Positions 46,160 through 56,558 of a DNA stretch of 64,000 bases are shown one piece after another. The DNA is from Candidatus Multivorans sp. (GTDB lineage: Bacteria; Acidobacteriota; Thermoanaerobaculia; Multivoradales; Multivoraceae). Position numbers and translations under genes: made by a program. The stretch covers positions 2,016,001 through 2,080,000 of the forward strand of contig OZ245033.1 in assembly GCA_965224025.1 (NCBI GenBank), in the 5' to 3' direction. How positions within the stretch are numbered: the stretch's first letter is position 1; every line of letters starts with the position of its first letter. The notes beneath the pieces were generated by a model. It worked only from the letters and a program-made list of their open reading frames with translations, was not told the origin of the DNA and searched no databases.

Positions 46160-48559
46160 TCAACCGCTGCGTTCCAGGGCTCGGGCCGAGGCGAGTTCGC
46201 GCTGCGCGTCCTGCGGCCGGCCGAGGCGGGTGTAGATGTCGGCGAGCAGGTAGTGGCCCATGGGGGCCATGTCGGAGCCGGGATCGAGTTCCAGGCCGGT
46301 GCGGGCCAGCTCCATGGCGCGGTCCAGTTGTTCGTTGCGGTCGATCAGGGACTTGGCCAGGAAGAAGCGGCCGACGGCGAACTCGGGGTTGATCTCGATC
46401 GATTGCTCCAGAGCCGCGGTCGCCCCGTAGCGGTCGCCGAGGCTGTCCAGCAGGCGCCCGAGGTTGAACTGCACCCGGTAGCTGAGGGGATGGTAGTCGA
46501 GTTCGCGACGATAGAAGTCGGCGGCTGCACGCGGGTCGCCGCGCTCTTCGGCGAGCAGGGCCAGGTTGAAATGGGCGAGCCGCACATCGGGCTGGACAGC
46601 CAGCGCCTCCTCGAAGAGCCGTTGCGCGTTCACCGGGTCGGACCGGAGGAGCGCCACGGCGCCTTGACTGACCACCGCGGCGCCCATCTCCGGCGACAGG
46701 GTGGCCGCCTCCCTGAGGTGTCCCTCGGCGCCCTCCAGGTCGCCGTGGTCCACGAGCATGCGCGCGAGTTCGTAGTGGATGATCGCGTTGCGTGGATCGA
46801 GGCGCAGGAACTCCCGGTAGCCGAGGATCGCCTCCTCCTGCGCGCCGGCCCGCCGGTAGGCGTTGGCGAGATTGATCACGGCGTGGGCGTAGTCGGGCTT
46901 CAGTTCGATGGCTCTCCGGTAGCTCTCGACCGCGGCGGCGGTGTCGTCGCCGCGCATCTGCTCGTCGCCGAGCCGGACCCACGCGTCGATCACCGACGGG
47001 TCCTCGATGAGCACCCGCTCGAGGGCTTCCAGGGCCGCCGGCTGGTTCCCCTTGAGCGACGCCTCGCGGGCGGTGCGCATCAGGTTGAAGAGGTGGATCT
47101 TGTCCTTCGGGTCGCCGAGCGTGGAACGGTCGACCGGCTCCGCTGAGCCGCCGCCGGCGAAGCTGGCGAGATAGCCGAGTGCAGCGAGCCGCGCGCGCGT
47201 GTCCGGGTCGATCTCGTCGACCTGCGCGGGCAAAGCCCGGTCCGTCCACCTCGATTCGAGCGCCTGGAGCATCGAGGCCATGCGATCGGCCTCGTCGGGG
47301 CGAGCGGCGTGGAGGTTGTTCACTTCACCCGGGTCCGCGGCCAGGTCGTACAACTCGGGACGCGGCGCCGCGACGTACTTCATGTTCTCGACCCGCAGCG
47401 AGGCAAGATCGCTCCAGCCGTAGTGGTAGCGCGGGTAGACGGCCTCGGCGTAGGCAGGCAGGCGCGGCCCCGTAGAACCCGTCAGGAGCCGAACGATGCT
47501 GGCCCCCTGGAAGGAAGCGTCCCGGTCTTCCTGGCCCGCTTCCACGGCGAGCAGATCGAAGACGGTAGGGGAGACGTCCACCGCGCGGACGACCTCCGCC
47601 ACCCGGTGTCCCCTCATCGTGTCGTAGGGCGCGCGGACGATGAACGGGACGCGGGTTGCCCCCTCGTAGATGAAGAAGCCATGGCCTGACTCGCCGTGCT
47701 CGCCCAGGCTCTCGCCGTGGTCTCCCATCACCATGACGACCGTGTCCCGGGCCCGGCCGTTGCCGTCCAGCCAGGCCAGGAGGCGCCCGACCTGGGAGTC
47801 GACATAGGCGATCTCGCCGACGTAGGGACGGTTCCGGTAGCGCTCCGCGAAGGGTTCCGGCGGCTCGTAGGGCGAGTGCGGATCGTAGTAGTGGACCCAG
47901 GAAAAGAAGCGCGCCTCCGGCGCTTCGTCGAGCCAGGCGAGCGCGGCGTCCGTGACCTCTCTGGACGGCCGCTCGATCTCGTTCAGGGCCAGCCTGACCG
48001 TGTCGCCGAGTTCAAAGTCGTCGAAGTAGTGGTCGAAGCCCTGGGCGATCCCCCACTTTGCGTCGAGCACGAACGCCCCCACGAAGCCGCCCGTGCGGAG
48101 ACCTTCGTCGCGCAGGATCTCGGCCAGCACGACATGCTCGTCGCCCAGGTAGAAGCCGCCGTTGTCCCGCACTCCATGCGCCGGCGGGAACTCCCCGGTG
48201 AAGATCGACGAATGCGCCGGCAGGGTCAGCGGCGCCACCGCCTGTGCCTGCTCGAACAGCACCCCCTCGGCCGCCAACCGGTCGAGGTGCGGCGTCTCGA
48301 TGTCGGCGAACCCGTAAGCCCCGATCCGGTCGGCCCGGGTCGTGTCCAGCGTGATGAGCAGCACGCTCAGGTCAGCAGGCTCCACCCCCTCCGGAAGCCG
48401 ACCCAGCACATGTCCCGACGGCGCCGTGACCTCCCCGCCTGGAAGGAGCCGGATCGCCACACCGACCAGCACAACCACGGCAACCGCCAGAGCCACCGCA
48501 AGCCCGATCCACCGCCCCGCGCGCTTCACATCATCCCGGCGAGTTGGTCCGCTGCCCAT
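46160..48559 (-). CDS. Sulfatase-like hydrolase with C-terminal TPRs
   Basis: LITLDTTRAD, PLTLPAHSSIFTG (Thr nucleophile type), HYYDPH, DHGESLGEH; TPR tail. Confidence 0.9.
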   Translation of the reverse strand: MGSGPTRRDDVKRAGRWIGLAVALAVAVVVLVGVAIRLLPGGEVTAPSGHVLGRLPEGVEPADLSVLLITLDTTRADRIGAYGFADIETPHLDRLAAEGVLFEQAQAVAPLTLPAHSSIFTGEFPPAHGVRDNGGFYLGDEHVVLAEILRDEGLRTGGFVGAFVLDAKWGIAQGFDHYFDDFELGDTVRLALNEIERPSREVTDAALAWLDEAPEARFFSWVHYYDPHSPYEPPEPFAERYRNRPYVGEIAYVDSQVGRLLAWLDGNGRARDTVVMVMGDHGESLGEHGESGHGFFIYEGATRVPFIVRAPYDTMRGHRVAEVVRAVDVSPTVFDLLAVEAGQEDRDASFQGASIVRLLTGSTGPRLPAYAEAVYPRYHYGWSDLASLRVENMKYVAAPRPELYDLAADPGEVNNLHAARPDEADRMASMLQALESRWTDRALPAQVDEIDPDTRARLAALGYLASFAGGGSAEPVDRSTLGDPKDKIHLFNLMRTAREASLKGNQPAALEALERVLIEDPSVIDAWVRLGDEQMRGDDTAAAVESYRRAIELKPDYAHAVINLANAYRRAGAQEEAILGYREFLRLDPRNAIIHYELARMLVDHGDLEGAEGHLREAATLSPEMGAAVVSQGAVALLRSDPVNAQRLFEEALAVQPDVRLAHFNLALLAEERGDPRAAADFYRRELDYHPLSYRVQFNLGRLLDSLGDRYGATAALEQSIEINPEFAVGRFFLAKSLIDRNEQLDRAMELARTGLELDPGSDMAPMGHYLLADIYTRLGRPQDAQRELASARALERSG

Positions 48560-48695
48560 GGCAAGAAAAGGAGGCTAGCAGCGGTCTCTTGTCTTCTTCT
48601 CACAAGCCGTCCCCGCCTTCGCTACACGTTCTGGATCCCGAAGACGAAGCCGGGCCCGTACGGCGGGCAGCAGTCGCCGCTTCGCCGCCCGACGA

Positions 48696-48880
48696 CGTCC
48701 AGCCTGCCAGGGGCGGAGGAGGGGGTCCCAGCGAGGCTGTCGGCAAGCGACGCCCTGCGACACTTCATCGTCCGACGACCAACCGGAGCGCAGCCGACCG
48801 CAGCGAGCACTCACCCTTCATCCATCCGATAAGTGCGAGCGGCCGCTGAGACCCCCTCCTCCGCCCCTGGCAGGCGGGTG
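48696..48880. repeat. ~180-bp structured dispersed repeat with long terminal inverted arms (copy at 61225-61416)
   Basis: GCCTGCCAGGGGCGGAGGAGGGGGTCCCAGCG pairs with CGCTGAGACCCCCTCCTCCGCCCCTGGCAGGC; conserved interior. Confidence 0.85.
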
Positions 48881-48917
48881 CAGCCTCCGCCGCTCCGCCG
48901 CTCCGCCGCTCCGTCGC

Positions 48918-51704
48918 CTAGAAGCTGAACCGCGCCCCCAGCCGCCAGACGCGGCCGCGGACCAGCCGCCTCGGTGCGCCGAAGGGCCTGCTGCTGTCCA
49001 GGGACTGTTCGGCTTCGATCACGGTGTCCGCGTTGCCGACGTTGAAGACATCGATGCCGACGCCGAGCAAGCGTCCGTCGCCGATCGTGAAGTCCTTCTC
49101 GATCCGAAGATCGAGGCTGATGCCGTCATCGACACGGAATGAGCCCGCGGGGTAGCCGTAGATCTCCGATTCTTGATCCACGTCTTCCACCCGGACAATC
49201 TGGTTGTAGGTGTTGCCCGAGAAGAAGCGGAAGTACCCGCCGACGACGATCCCGCCCGGGAGTTGGGCGTTGCCCAGGACCTTGATCAGGTGCGTCGGAT
49301 CGATCGTCAGATTGCCGTAGGCGTTGATCTGTGCATTCGGGTCGCTGAAGAAAGTCGAACCGCCGAGCGAGGAACCTCTCGCTTCCTGGAACTCGGACAG
49401 GGTGTTGTTGTCGCTGCCTCTTGCCTCGCCGTAGGTCCACGACGCCTGCAGTTGCCAGTTGTTGCGCCACCGTCTGGAGAGGCTGGCCGTGATCCCTGCG
49501 TATTTTCGGATCTTCTTGAAGCAGGTGGGTTCCTGGTACGCCTGCCCGTAGTCCTGACAGTAGTTGACGTTCGTGAAGTAGTACCGGTTCTCGCCCTCGT
49601 TCGTCTGGTCAAGAACGTTGTAGGTCCGTCCGCTGTTCGGATCCGTGTACCGGGTGGGTTCGAACTCGCCGGTTAGGTTCACGCCGTCCAGGAAGTCGTG
49701 GTTCGTCCGGTAGGTCGCCGTGATGTCGAGCGAGACGGTACGCGAGAGGACCTTTTCCCAGCCGACGTCCCAGGCGTACATGTAGGGCACGCCGAGGCTG
49801 TCGTCGATCGCCCACTGGCCGAGACCTCGCGCTTCGGTGAAGTCGTGCTCCCAGACTTTGTCGTCGGCGTTCCAGAGGTAGCCCGTCCGGTCGCTCTCGG
49901 GGGCCAGCCGGCTGTAGAAAAGCGAGATGACCTGGTGGTAGTAGCGCCCCCAGTGCGCCTTCAGCACGGAGTCGTTGTCGTCGCCCAGGTTGATGTTCAG
50001 TCCGATGCGCGGCGCGATGGCGAGGTCGGGCGTGAACACGGTGCCCTGGTCGAAGCGGACGCCGTTGATGTCCGACTCGACGGAGCCGCGCCAGTAGTTG
50101 GCTCGCACGCCGAGGTTCAGCCGGACCCGGTCGTTGATCCCCCAGGAGTCCTGTACAAAGCCGACGATCTTGTCCGTGTCGGCGAACGTGTTGTAGCCGG
50201 TGCTCTCGAGCAGGTAGTCAGGCTCGCCGGCGATGTCGCGGTAGTACTTGCCGCCCGAGAACCCGTTGAGCGTGTTGACCAGCGTGTTCTGCAATTCGAC
50301 GCCGAACTTGAAGTCGTGTTCGCCGCGGATGAAGTCATCCGTGAAGTGGCTCACCGAGCCGATGAGCTGATAACGCTCCCGGTTTGCATTGAAGGGCCCC
50401 CACCAGTTCTCGGAAAGGCGGTCTTCGTATTCATCGTAGCGGGCCGGTACGTCGCCGTTGTCGGGCAGCTCGGTCTGACGCTGGTGATAGCCGCCGAACT
50501 TCAGATCGAGCAGCGTGTCCTGGGACAGCATGTCCGTGTAGTTGAAGTTGAACAGGTACTGGGTCCCGGTGTTGCTGAAGGTCGCGCCGGGGGCGACCAG
50601 GTCGCCCTCGTCCGCGCCTTGGTAGAGCGCGTCGTGGCTGCTGTACTCGAGCATGCCGCTGAAGATCTTCTCCTGCGTCGGCGTCCAGTTGATCTTGCCG
50701 ACCAAGCGGGGCGCCTCGGAGGACGGGTCGTTGACATGGTCGCCGCTGGCCGTCGAGTCCTCCTGGAGGTACTTGGCCGAGACGAAGAACCACGCGTTGT
50801 CCCGTTGCATCGGCCCGCCGATGTCGAAGTGGACTTCCGTGTCGGAGCGGTCGCTGCCGCTGCGCTGCAGATCGGGGTCGTTCGTGTTCTGGGACTGCCA
50901 GTCATTGTCGGCAAGTTGCAGGTCGACCATGCCGTTCAGGTCGTTCGAGCCCTGCTTCGTCGTCACGTTGACGATCACGCCGCTATAGCCGCCGTATTCG
51001 GCCGATGCGCCGGCGCCGAGGACGGTGACGTCCTCGACCGAGAAGAAGCCGAGACTGACCTCGCTCTCGCCCGCTTCCGGGCTGTTGATGATGACTCCGT
51101 CGACCGAGAACTGGACCCCCTGATCGGACGAGCCGAAGGCCGAAGGGCGCCCGCCCGCCGTGTTCTCTGAGTGGACGCCAGGCGCCAGCTGGACGATGCT
51201 GCGGATGCTGCGGTCGCTCGGCACATCCATCAGGATCTCGTTGTTGAGTTCCGTCGTCTGCAGCGTCGAACTGCGCACGTCGATGAGCGGCGAGCCCTCG
51301 ACGATGATCACGTCCTCGATGCTCCCCAACTCCATCGCGAGGTCGACGCTGAGGGTCTTGCCGACCGTGAGCTCGATGTCCCCCTGCTGAGCGGTCGAGA
51401 AGCCCTCGATCGCGGCCTCGACCGTGTAGGTGGACGGCAGGAGGGCGACGAAGCGGTAGCGGCCGTTCCCGTCCGTCATCGTCTCGCTCGTCGCGCCGAG
51501 TTCCGCCGACGTGAGCGTCACGTCGACGCCCGGCATCCGGTCGCCGTTCGGGTCCGTGATCGTGCCGGTGACCGAGCCGCGCTCGATCGACTGGCCCCAT
51601 GCGGCAGCACCGCTGAAGAGGAGTAAAAGCCCCAAGCCGGTGATGAGAATGCCTCTTGCCGTCCGGGCAGGGGCGCGAGAACCCATGGTTCCGCAGTGCT
51701 TCAT
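48918..51704 (-). CDS. TonB-dependent receptor (Oar-like, N-terminal carboxypeptidase-regulatory-like domain)
   Basis: AAGGAGG RBS; GSVTGTITD...PGVDVTL, plug SAEYGGYSGVIVNVTTKQG, C-terminal LGARFSF. Confidence 0.9.
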   Translation of the reverse strand: MKHCGTMGSRAPARTARGILITGLGLLLLFSGAAAWGQSIERGSVTGTITDPNGDRMPGVDVTLTSAELGATSETMTDGNGRYRFVALLPSTYTVEAAIEGFSTAQQGDIELTVGKTLSVDLAMELGSIEDVIIVEGSPLIDVRSSTLQTTELNNEILMDVPSDRSIRSIVQLAPGVHSENTAGGRPSAFGSSDQGVQFSVDGVIINSPEAGESEVSLGFFSVEDVTVLGAGASAEYGGYSGVIVNVTTKQGSNDLNGMVDLQLADNDWQSQNTNDPDLQRSGSDRSDTEVHFDIGGPMQRDNAWFFVSAKYLQEDSTASGDHVNDPSSEAPRLVGKINWTPTQEKIFSGMLEYSSHDALYQGADEGDLVAPGATFSNTGTQYLFNFNYTDMLSQDTLLDLKFGGYHQRQTELPDNGDVPARYDEYEDRLSENWWGPFNANRERYQLIGSVSHFTDDFIRGEHDFKFGVELQNTLVNTLNGFSGGKYYRDIAGEPDYLLESTGYNTFADTDKIVGFVQDSWGINDRVRLNLGVRANYWRGSVESDINGVRFDQGTVFTPDLAIAPRIGLNINLGDDNDSVLKAHWGRYYHQVISLFYSRLAPESDRTGYLWNADDKVWEHDFTEARGLGQWAIDDSLGVPYMYAWDVGWEKVLSRTVSLDITATYRTNHDFLDGVNLTGEFEPTRYTDPNSGRTYNVLDQTNEGENRYYFTNVNYCQDYGQAYQEPTCFKKIRKYAGITASLSRRWRNNWQLQASWTYGEARGSDNNTLSEFQEARGSSLGGSTFFSDPNAQINAYGNLTIDPTHLIKVLGNAQLPGGIVVGGYFRFFSGNTYNQIVRVEDVDQESEIYGYPAGSFRVDDGISLDLRIEKDFTIGDGRLLGVGIDVFNVGNADTVIEAEQSLDSSRPFGAPRRLVRGRVWRLGARFSF

Positions 51705-51881
51705 ATCCGCCGTCCTCCTTCTTGGACTTCCGACTCTCCTTGGCGTGCTATCTCGCAGGTCGGCTTGACCTTCGCCGACCGGATTTCCCACCACAGATTG
51801 GCTCTCAAACTTCCAACGAAGTTAGCGCCGGGGTCGGCGGGGTGTCAAATGGGTTCAGATCGTTGAACCTGGTCGGCGGCT

Positions 51882-52874
51882 CTACTGCCGGGCGACCTCC
51901 TCGATCGCTTCCAGACCGCCTACTCGGCCGGCGTTGTCGAGGTACACCTGCCGCACCTCGTCCTCGAACAGGCTGCGCTCGACTTCGTTGAACTGCAGGC
52001 CCAGTTTCTGTAGCTCTTCGAGCGCCGCCGCGGTCATCGACGTCATCGCCTCCCGCTGGACCCGGGTCGAGGCATTTCCGGCTTCCACGACCGCCTCCTG
52101 GACCTCCGGCGGCAGCTCGTCGTAGAGCTTGCGGCTGAAGATCAGCGCCACGGCAAGGTAGAGGTGCCGTGTGTAGGACACGTACTTCGTGACCTCGTAG
52201 AAACGCTCTCCGTAGAGATCGACGTGGTCCGTCTCCGCGCCGTCGACGACTCCCTGTTCCAGCGCCGAGTAGAGCTCGCCGAACGACATCGGCGTCGCCT
52301 GCGCGCCGAGGGCGTTGAAGGTGTCGACCAGGATCGGGGTCGGGATGACCCGGATCTTCAGGCCCTCCAAGTCGCCTGGCGTGACCACAGGCCGCTCCGC
52401 GTTCCAGGCGTTGCGCCGGCCGGCGAACCAGTAGCCGAGGACGACGACGTCCAGTTCCTCCTCGATCCGGTCCGCGACGCGCTCCCCGATCGGACCGTCG
52501 AGCACCCGGTAGAAGTGATCGAGGTCCCGAAAGATGAACGGGAAGTTGAAGATCTCGGCCTCCGGCACGAAGGCCGAAATGCCGCCGCCGGCGCTGGCGG
52601 CCGAAGCGGCGAGCGCACCCAGCTTCACCATCAGGGTGGCCTCCTCCTCGGTGCCGAGCTGCTCGTTCTCGAAGATCTGCACCTGCACCGCGCCGTCGGT
52701 GCGGTCTTCCAGGACGCGCCGAAACTCCTCGAAGCCGGCCTGGAACGGGTGTCCGACGGGCCCGTTGTGGGCGACCTTGAGCACGGTGACGCCGTCGCCG
52801 CCGCGGCAGCCGCTGCCGAGCATGGCCAAAACGCAGGCGGCGAGGAGCGCCGCGATGCGGCGCGGATCACTCAT
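51882..52874 (-). CDS. dctP: TRAP transporter substrate-binding protein
   Basis: GLKIRV, ATPMSFGELYSALEQGVVDGAE, FYEVTKY. Confidence 0.92.
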   Translation of the reverse strand: MSDPRRIAALLAACVLAMLGSGCRGGDGVTVLKVAHNGPVGHPFQAGFEEFRRVLEDRTDGAVQVQIFENEQLGTEEEATLMVKLGALAASAASAGGGISAFVPEAEIFNFPFIFRDLDHFYRVLDGPIGERVADRIEEELDVVVLGYWFAGRRNAWNAERPVVTPGDLEGLKIRVIPTPILVDTFNALGAQATPMSFGELYSALEQGVVDGAETDHVDLYGERFYEVTKYVSYTRHLYLAVALIFSRKLYDELPPEVQEAVVEAGNASTRVQREAMTSMTAAALEELQKLGLQFNEVERSLFEDEVRQVYLDNAGRVGGLEAIEEVARQ

Positions 52875-54147
52875 AGCCGAGCGCGTGCGGCAGCCACAGC
52901 GTGACGCCGGGCACGAAGGTGATCACCATCAGCATCACGAGAAGCAGCGCGAGGAAGGGCAGCAACTTGGGCGTGACCTTCTCGATCGGCGTCTTCGAGA
53001 TGCCGCAAGCCACATGCAGGCAGATGCCGACCGGCGGCGAGATCATCCCGATGCCGACGTTGGCCGCGACGAGGATGCCGAAGTGGATCGGGTCCATGCC
53101 CAGGGCGAGCGCCGCCGGCAGCAGGATCGGCATCAGGATGATGATCGGCGGCAGGGCGTCCATGACCATGCCGAGCACGAGAAAGATCAGGTGGACGAAG
53201 AGGATGAAGACGATCCAGTTCGGTGCGTGGGTCGAAATCGCTTCGGCCAGCAGATGCGGCAGCCGCTCGAACGTGAGAACGAAGGAGAACATGGACGCCG
53301 TCCAGAGCACGAACAGGACGATGCCGGAGAGCGAGACGGTCTGGAGCAGGACCTTCGGGATGTCCTCGAGCTTCAGCTCCCGGTAGACGAAGAACGACAC
53401 CAGGGCGCCGTAGACGACGGCGACCGCCGACGCTTCGGTGGGAGTGAAGACGCCGCCGTAGATGCCGCCGAGGATGATGACGATCATGAACAGCGGCAGG
53501 ATGCCGTTGCGGATCACGCGCAGCCGCTGCGGCCAGGACGCCTTCGCTTCGAGCGGCAGGTTGAGGTCCAGGGCCTTGATGTAGGTCAGGCCCATCAGCG
53601 CCAGGCCGAGCACGATCGCCGGCGTGATGCCGGCCGCGAACAGAGCGCCGATCGACATCCCCGAGACGACGCCGATGATGATCAGGTCGATCGCCGGCGG
53701 CACCAGGGTAGAGACGCCGCCGGCCGAGGCGAACACCGCGGTCGCGAAAGCCGGAGGATACTGCCGCTGCCGCATGGCCGGCAGGGCGACGGACCCGATG
53801 GCGGCGGTGTTCGCGCTCGGCGAACCGGAGATGCCGGAGAACAGCATCGTCGACAGGATGACCACCAGGCCGAGGCCGCCCGGAAGGCGGCCCACGAACT
53901 GCAGCGCCAGGTCGACGATCCGGCGCGCCATGCCGCCGTGCGAGATGAGCGATCCGGCGAGGACGAACAACGGCACCGCGAGGAGCGGAAAGGAATCCAG
54001 GCCGGCAAGGAACTTCTGCGGCATCACGATCAGGAATTCGGGCGAGCTGTAGAGCAGGCCGACCATGGCCGCCAGCGCCAGCGCGATGGCCACCGGCACG
54101 CCGAGCAGCAGCGCCGCCGCCAGGGTCAGGATGACCAGGAGTCCCAT
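52867..54147 (-). CDS. dctM: TRAP transporter large permease
   Basis: FPLLAVPLFVLAG, SGISGS, GVFTPTEAS, DPIHFG, SPPVG. Confidence 0.92.
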   Translation of the reverse strand: MGLLVILTLAAALLLGVPVAIALALAAMVGLLYSSPEFLIVMPQKFLAGLDSFPLLAVPLFVLAGSLISHGGMARRIVDLALQFVGRLPGGLGLVVILSTMLFSGISGSPSANTAAIGSVALPAMRQRQYPPAFATAVFASAGGVSTLVPPAIDLIIIGVVSGMSIGALFAAGITPAIVLGLALMGLTYIKALDLNLPLEAKASWPQRLRVIRNGILPLFMIVIILGGIYGGVFTPTEASAVAVVYGALVSFFVYRELKLEDIPKVLLQTVSLSGIVLFVLWTASMFSFVLTFERLPHLLAEAISTHAPNWIVFILFVHLIFLVLGMVMDALPPIIILMPILLPAALALGMDPIHFGILVAANVGIGMISPPVGICLHVACGISKTPIEKVTPKLLPFLALLLVMLMVITFVPGVTLWLPHALGYE

Positions 54148-54160
54148 CGTCCCCAGCCGC

Positions 54161-54646
54161 CTATTCCTCGGCCTGACCCCGCAACTCGCGGCGCCAGTTC
54201 ACGAGCACGTAGTAGAGAGTCAGCGTGCTGCCCACGAAAGCGGAGGAGTACGGGACCGCCATCGACATCCTGGTCGCCGGCGCCAGCATGTCGTGGACCT
54301 CGATGGTGAAACGCAGCGACTGGTAGGCGAAGACGGCAAGGAAGGCTGCCGAGCTGAGCGCGACCACGGAGCCGATCCGGCGCTGCACCCCGGGCGGCGT
54401 CCGGTCGACGACGAACCGCAGCGCGAAGTGGGCGCCCGTCTTCATCGCATAGGCGGTGGAGAGGGCGGCCAGCCACATGAGAAGGAACCGCGCCAGCTCC
54501 TCCGACCAGGACAGGGAGGCCTCCAGCACGTACCGGAAGACGACCTGGGAAAAGGTCACCGCGACCAAGGCGACCAGGATCGTGCACACCGCCGCCTCGA
54601 GCGGATGGCGGACGAGGCTCCGGAGGATGGCGGCGGTGCGCTTCAA
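54161..54646 (-). CDS. dctQ: TRAP transporter small permease
   Basis: QVVFRYV..SLSWSEELAR; TTG start overlapping the SDR stop. Confidence 0.88.
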   Translation of the reverse strand: MKRTAAILRSLVRHPLEAAVCTILVALVAVTFSQVVFRYVLEASLSWSEELARFLLMWLAALSTAYAMKTGAHFALRFVVDRTPPGVQRRIGSVVALSSAAFLAVFAYQSLRFTIEVHDMLAPATRMSMAVPYSSAFVGSTLTLYYVLVNWRRELRGQAEE

Positions 54647-55405
54647 TGCATGTACTGTCCGCCGTTGGCGTAGAACGTGGCGCCGGTGGTGAACTCGGCG
54701 CCGATCATGCAGTCGACCATCCGTGTGATGTCCTCGAACTCCCCCAACCGGCCCATCGGCAGAGTGGCGAGTTCCTTCGCCAGGCCCTCCTCGGTCTCCA
54801 GGTCGTAGCGGTCGATCACCTCCCGCGTCCTGACCGATCCGGGAACCAGGCAGTTGACCCGGATTCTCGGGGAAAGTTCCTGCGCCAGACACTTGGTCAG
54901 CGCGATTACCCCGCCCTTGGCGCTACAGAAGTTGGCTCCGTTCTTGCGCCCGATCTGGCCGCAGGCGGCGCCCAGGTTGACGATCGCCCCGGGCCGGTCC
55001 GGGTTGTGGAAGACGTACTCCTGGCAGCAGACGAAATGGCCGCGCAGGTGCGCGGAGACGACCGAGTCCCACATGTCGTCGGTCATCTCGACGAAGGGGG
55101 CGTCGCGATTGATGCCGGCGAAGTTGATCAGGATGTCGACCCTTCCGAACCGGTCGATCACGGCGTCGAACATGGCCCGCACCTGCTCCCGGTTGGCGAC
55201 GTCGGCCTGGCACTTCACTAGCCGGTCGGCGTCGTCGACCTTGGCCGCGATGCGGTCGAAGGTCGCCTCCGCTTCGGGCTCGATCAAGTAGTTCATCGCG
55301 ATAGTTCATCGCGACACGGTAGCCCTGGAGGGCGAAGTGCTCCGACACCTCGGCTCCGAGACCGCTCGACGCGCCCGTGACCACCATCACTCTGTCTTCG
55401 CTCAT
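54643..55405 (-). pseudogene. SDR oxidoreductase interrupted by a 13-bp tandem duplication
   Basis: VTGASSGLG lies in one frame and NFAG...NFCSAK...VNCLVPG in another; TAGTTCATCGCGA duplicated at 55289-55314; removal gives a 249-aa ORF. Confidence 0.85.
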
Positions 55406-55424
55406 CAACTCTCCTCCTGACAAA

Positions 55425-56495
55425 TCACTCCTCGTGCCCGCCCCAGATGTCGCCGACCGTGAAGCCGTTGGGAAACGGATCCTCCGGGTCGACGACGTAC
55501 TGGGCGAAGCCGGTAATCCATGCCGTCCCCGCCAGCGTCGGGACGGCGGCCGCGTAGTCGCCGACCCGCGTCTCGCGCACCATCCGGCCGGTGAACGTGG
55601 TGCCGAGGACGCCCTCGTGGACGAACTCCTGGCCGAGCGGCAGCTCGCCTTTTGCCCACATGGCGCCCATCTTGGCGCAGGTGCCGGTGCCGCAGGGGGA
55701 GCGGTCGAGGGCGCCGGTCCAGGTCAGCGGCTTGTCCCAGTCGAGTTTCCCGGTCGAGACGATCACCGTGTTGCGCCGGTGCGAGCCGGGCACGAGCGGG
55801 GGTGCCGAGAGCTGGCCGATCGTGACGCCGCGGATCTCCGGGTTCAGAGGATGCACCGGTGGCGGAAGCTGCTCCTGGCAGGCTGCCTTGATCATCTCGC
55901 CGACGCGGGCGGCTTCGGCGGCTTCTTCCGGCGCCAGGGTGAGGCCGACCTGGTCGGCGTCGGCGATGACGTAGAACATGCCGCCGTAGGTGACGTCAGC
56001 GGTGACCTTGCCGAGTTCGGGCACATCGAGGACGGCGTCCAGGTGGACGGCGAAGGCCGGCACGTTCTCGAACTCGACCCGCTTCACCTTAGCCCGCTCG
56101 ACGTCGGCGCGCACCCGGATCAGGCCGGCGGGCGACTCCAGGGTGAGTTCGGTGACGGGCTCCGTGTGCGGCACCATCCCGGTCTCGATCAGCACGGTGA
56201 CGACCGCGATCGTGTTCGTGCCCGACATGCCGGGGTACTCGGTTTGCTCCATGATCACGTACCCGGCCACCGCGTCGGGATGGGTGGGCGGCAGGATCAG
56301 GTTGCAGTTCGCGGCCGGGTAGCCGCGGGGCTCGCGCAGCATCCGCAGCCTGAGCTCGTCCGCTTCGGTCTCGAGGTAGCGCATCTTCTCGAACATCGTC
56401 GCCCCGGGGACGTCGAGGACGCCGCCGACGATCACCCGGCCGGGCTCGCCGCCGACGTGGGTGTCGACGGCGTGGATTACCTGGGAGACATGCAT
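55425..56495 (-). CDS. Proline racemase superfamily protein (Ser/Cys active-site variant)
   Basis: DTHVGGEPGR, LREPRG, PGMSGTN, YGG.FY, DRSPCGTGT. Confidence 0.9.
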   Translation of the reverse strand: MHVSQVIHAVDTHVGGEPGRVIVGGVLDVPGATMFEKMRYLETEADELRLRMLREPRGYPAANCNLILPPTHPDAVAGYVIMEQTEYPGMSGTNTIAVVTVLIETGMVPHTEPVTELTLESPAGLIRVRADVERAKVKRVEFENVPAFAVHLDAVLDVPELGKVTADVTYGGMFYVIADADQVGLTLAPEEAAEAARVGEMIKAACQEQLPPPVHPLNPEIRGVTIGQLSAPPLVPGSHRRNTVIVSTGKLDWDKPLTWTGALDRSPCGTGTCAKMGAMWAKGELPLGQEFVHEGVLGTTFTGRMVRETRVGDYAAAVPTLAGTAWITGFAQYVVDPEDPFPNGFTVGDIWGGHEE

Positions 56496-56558
56496 GCGGA
56501 TTCAGCCTGCGGCAGCGCGAAACCATCTAAGGTGAAGTGCGTTGGAGACGCGCATTCT

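Noticed and set aside
48884-48917. Short CTCCGCCG tandem repeat after the TonB receptor stop
   Set aside because: Only about four 8-bp units, intergenic, with no evidence of function.
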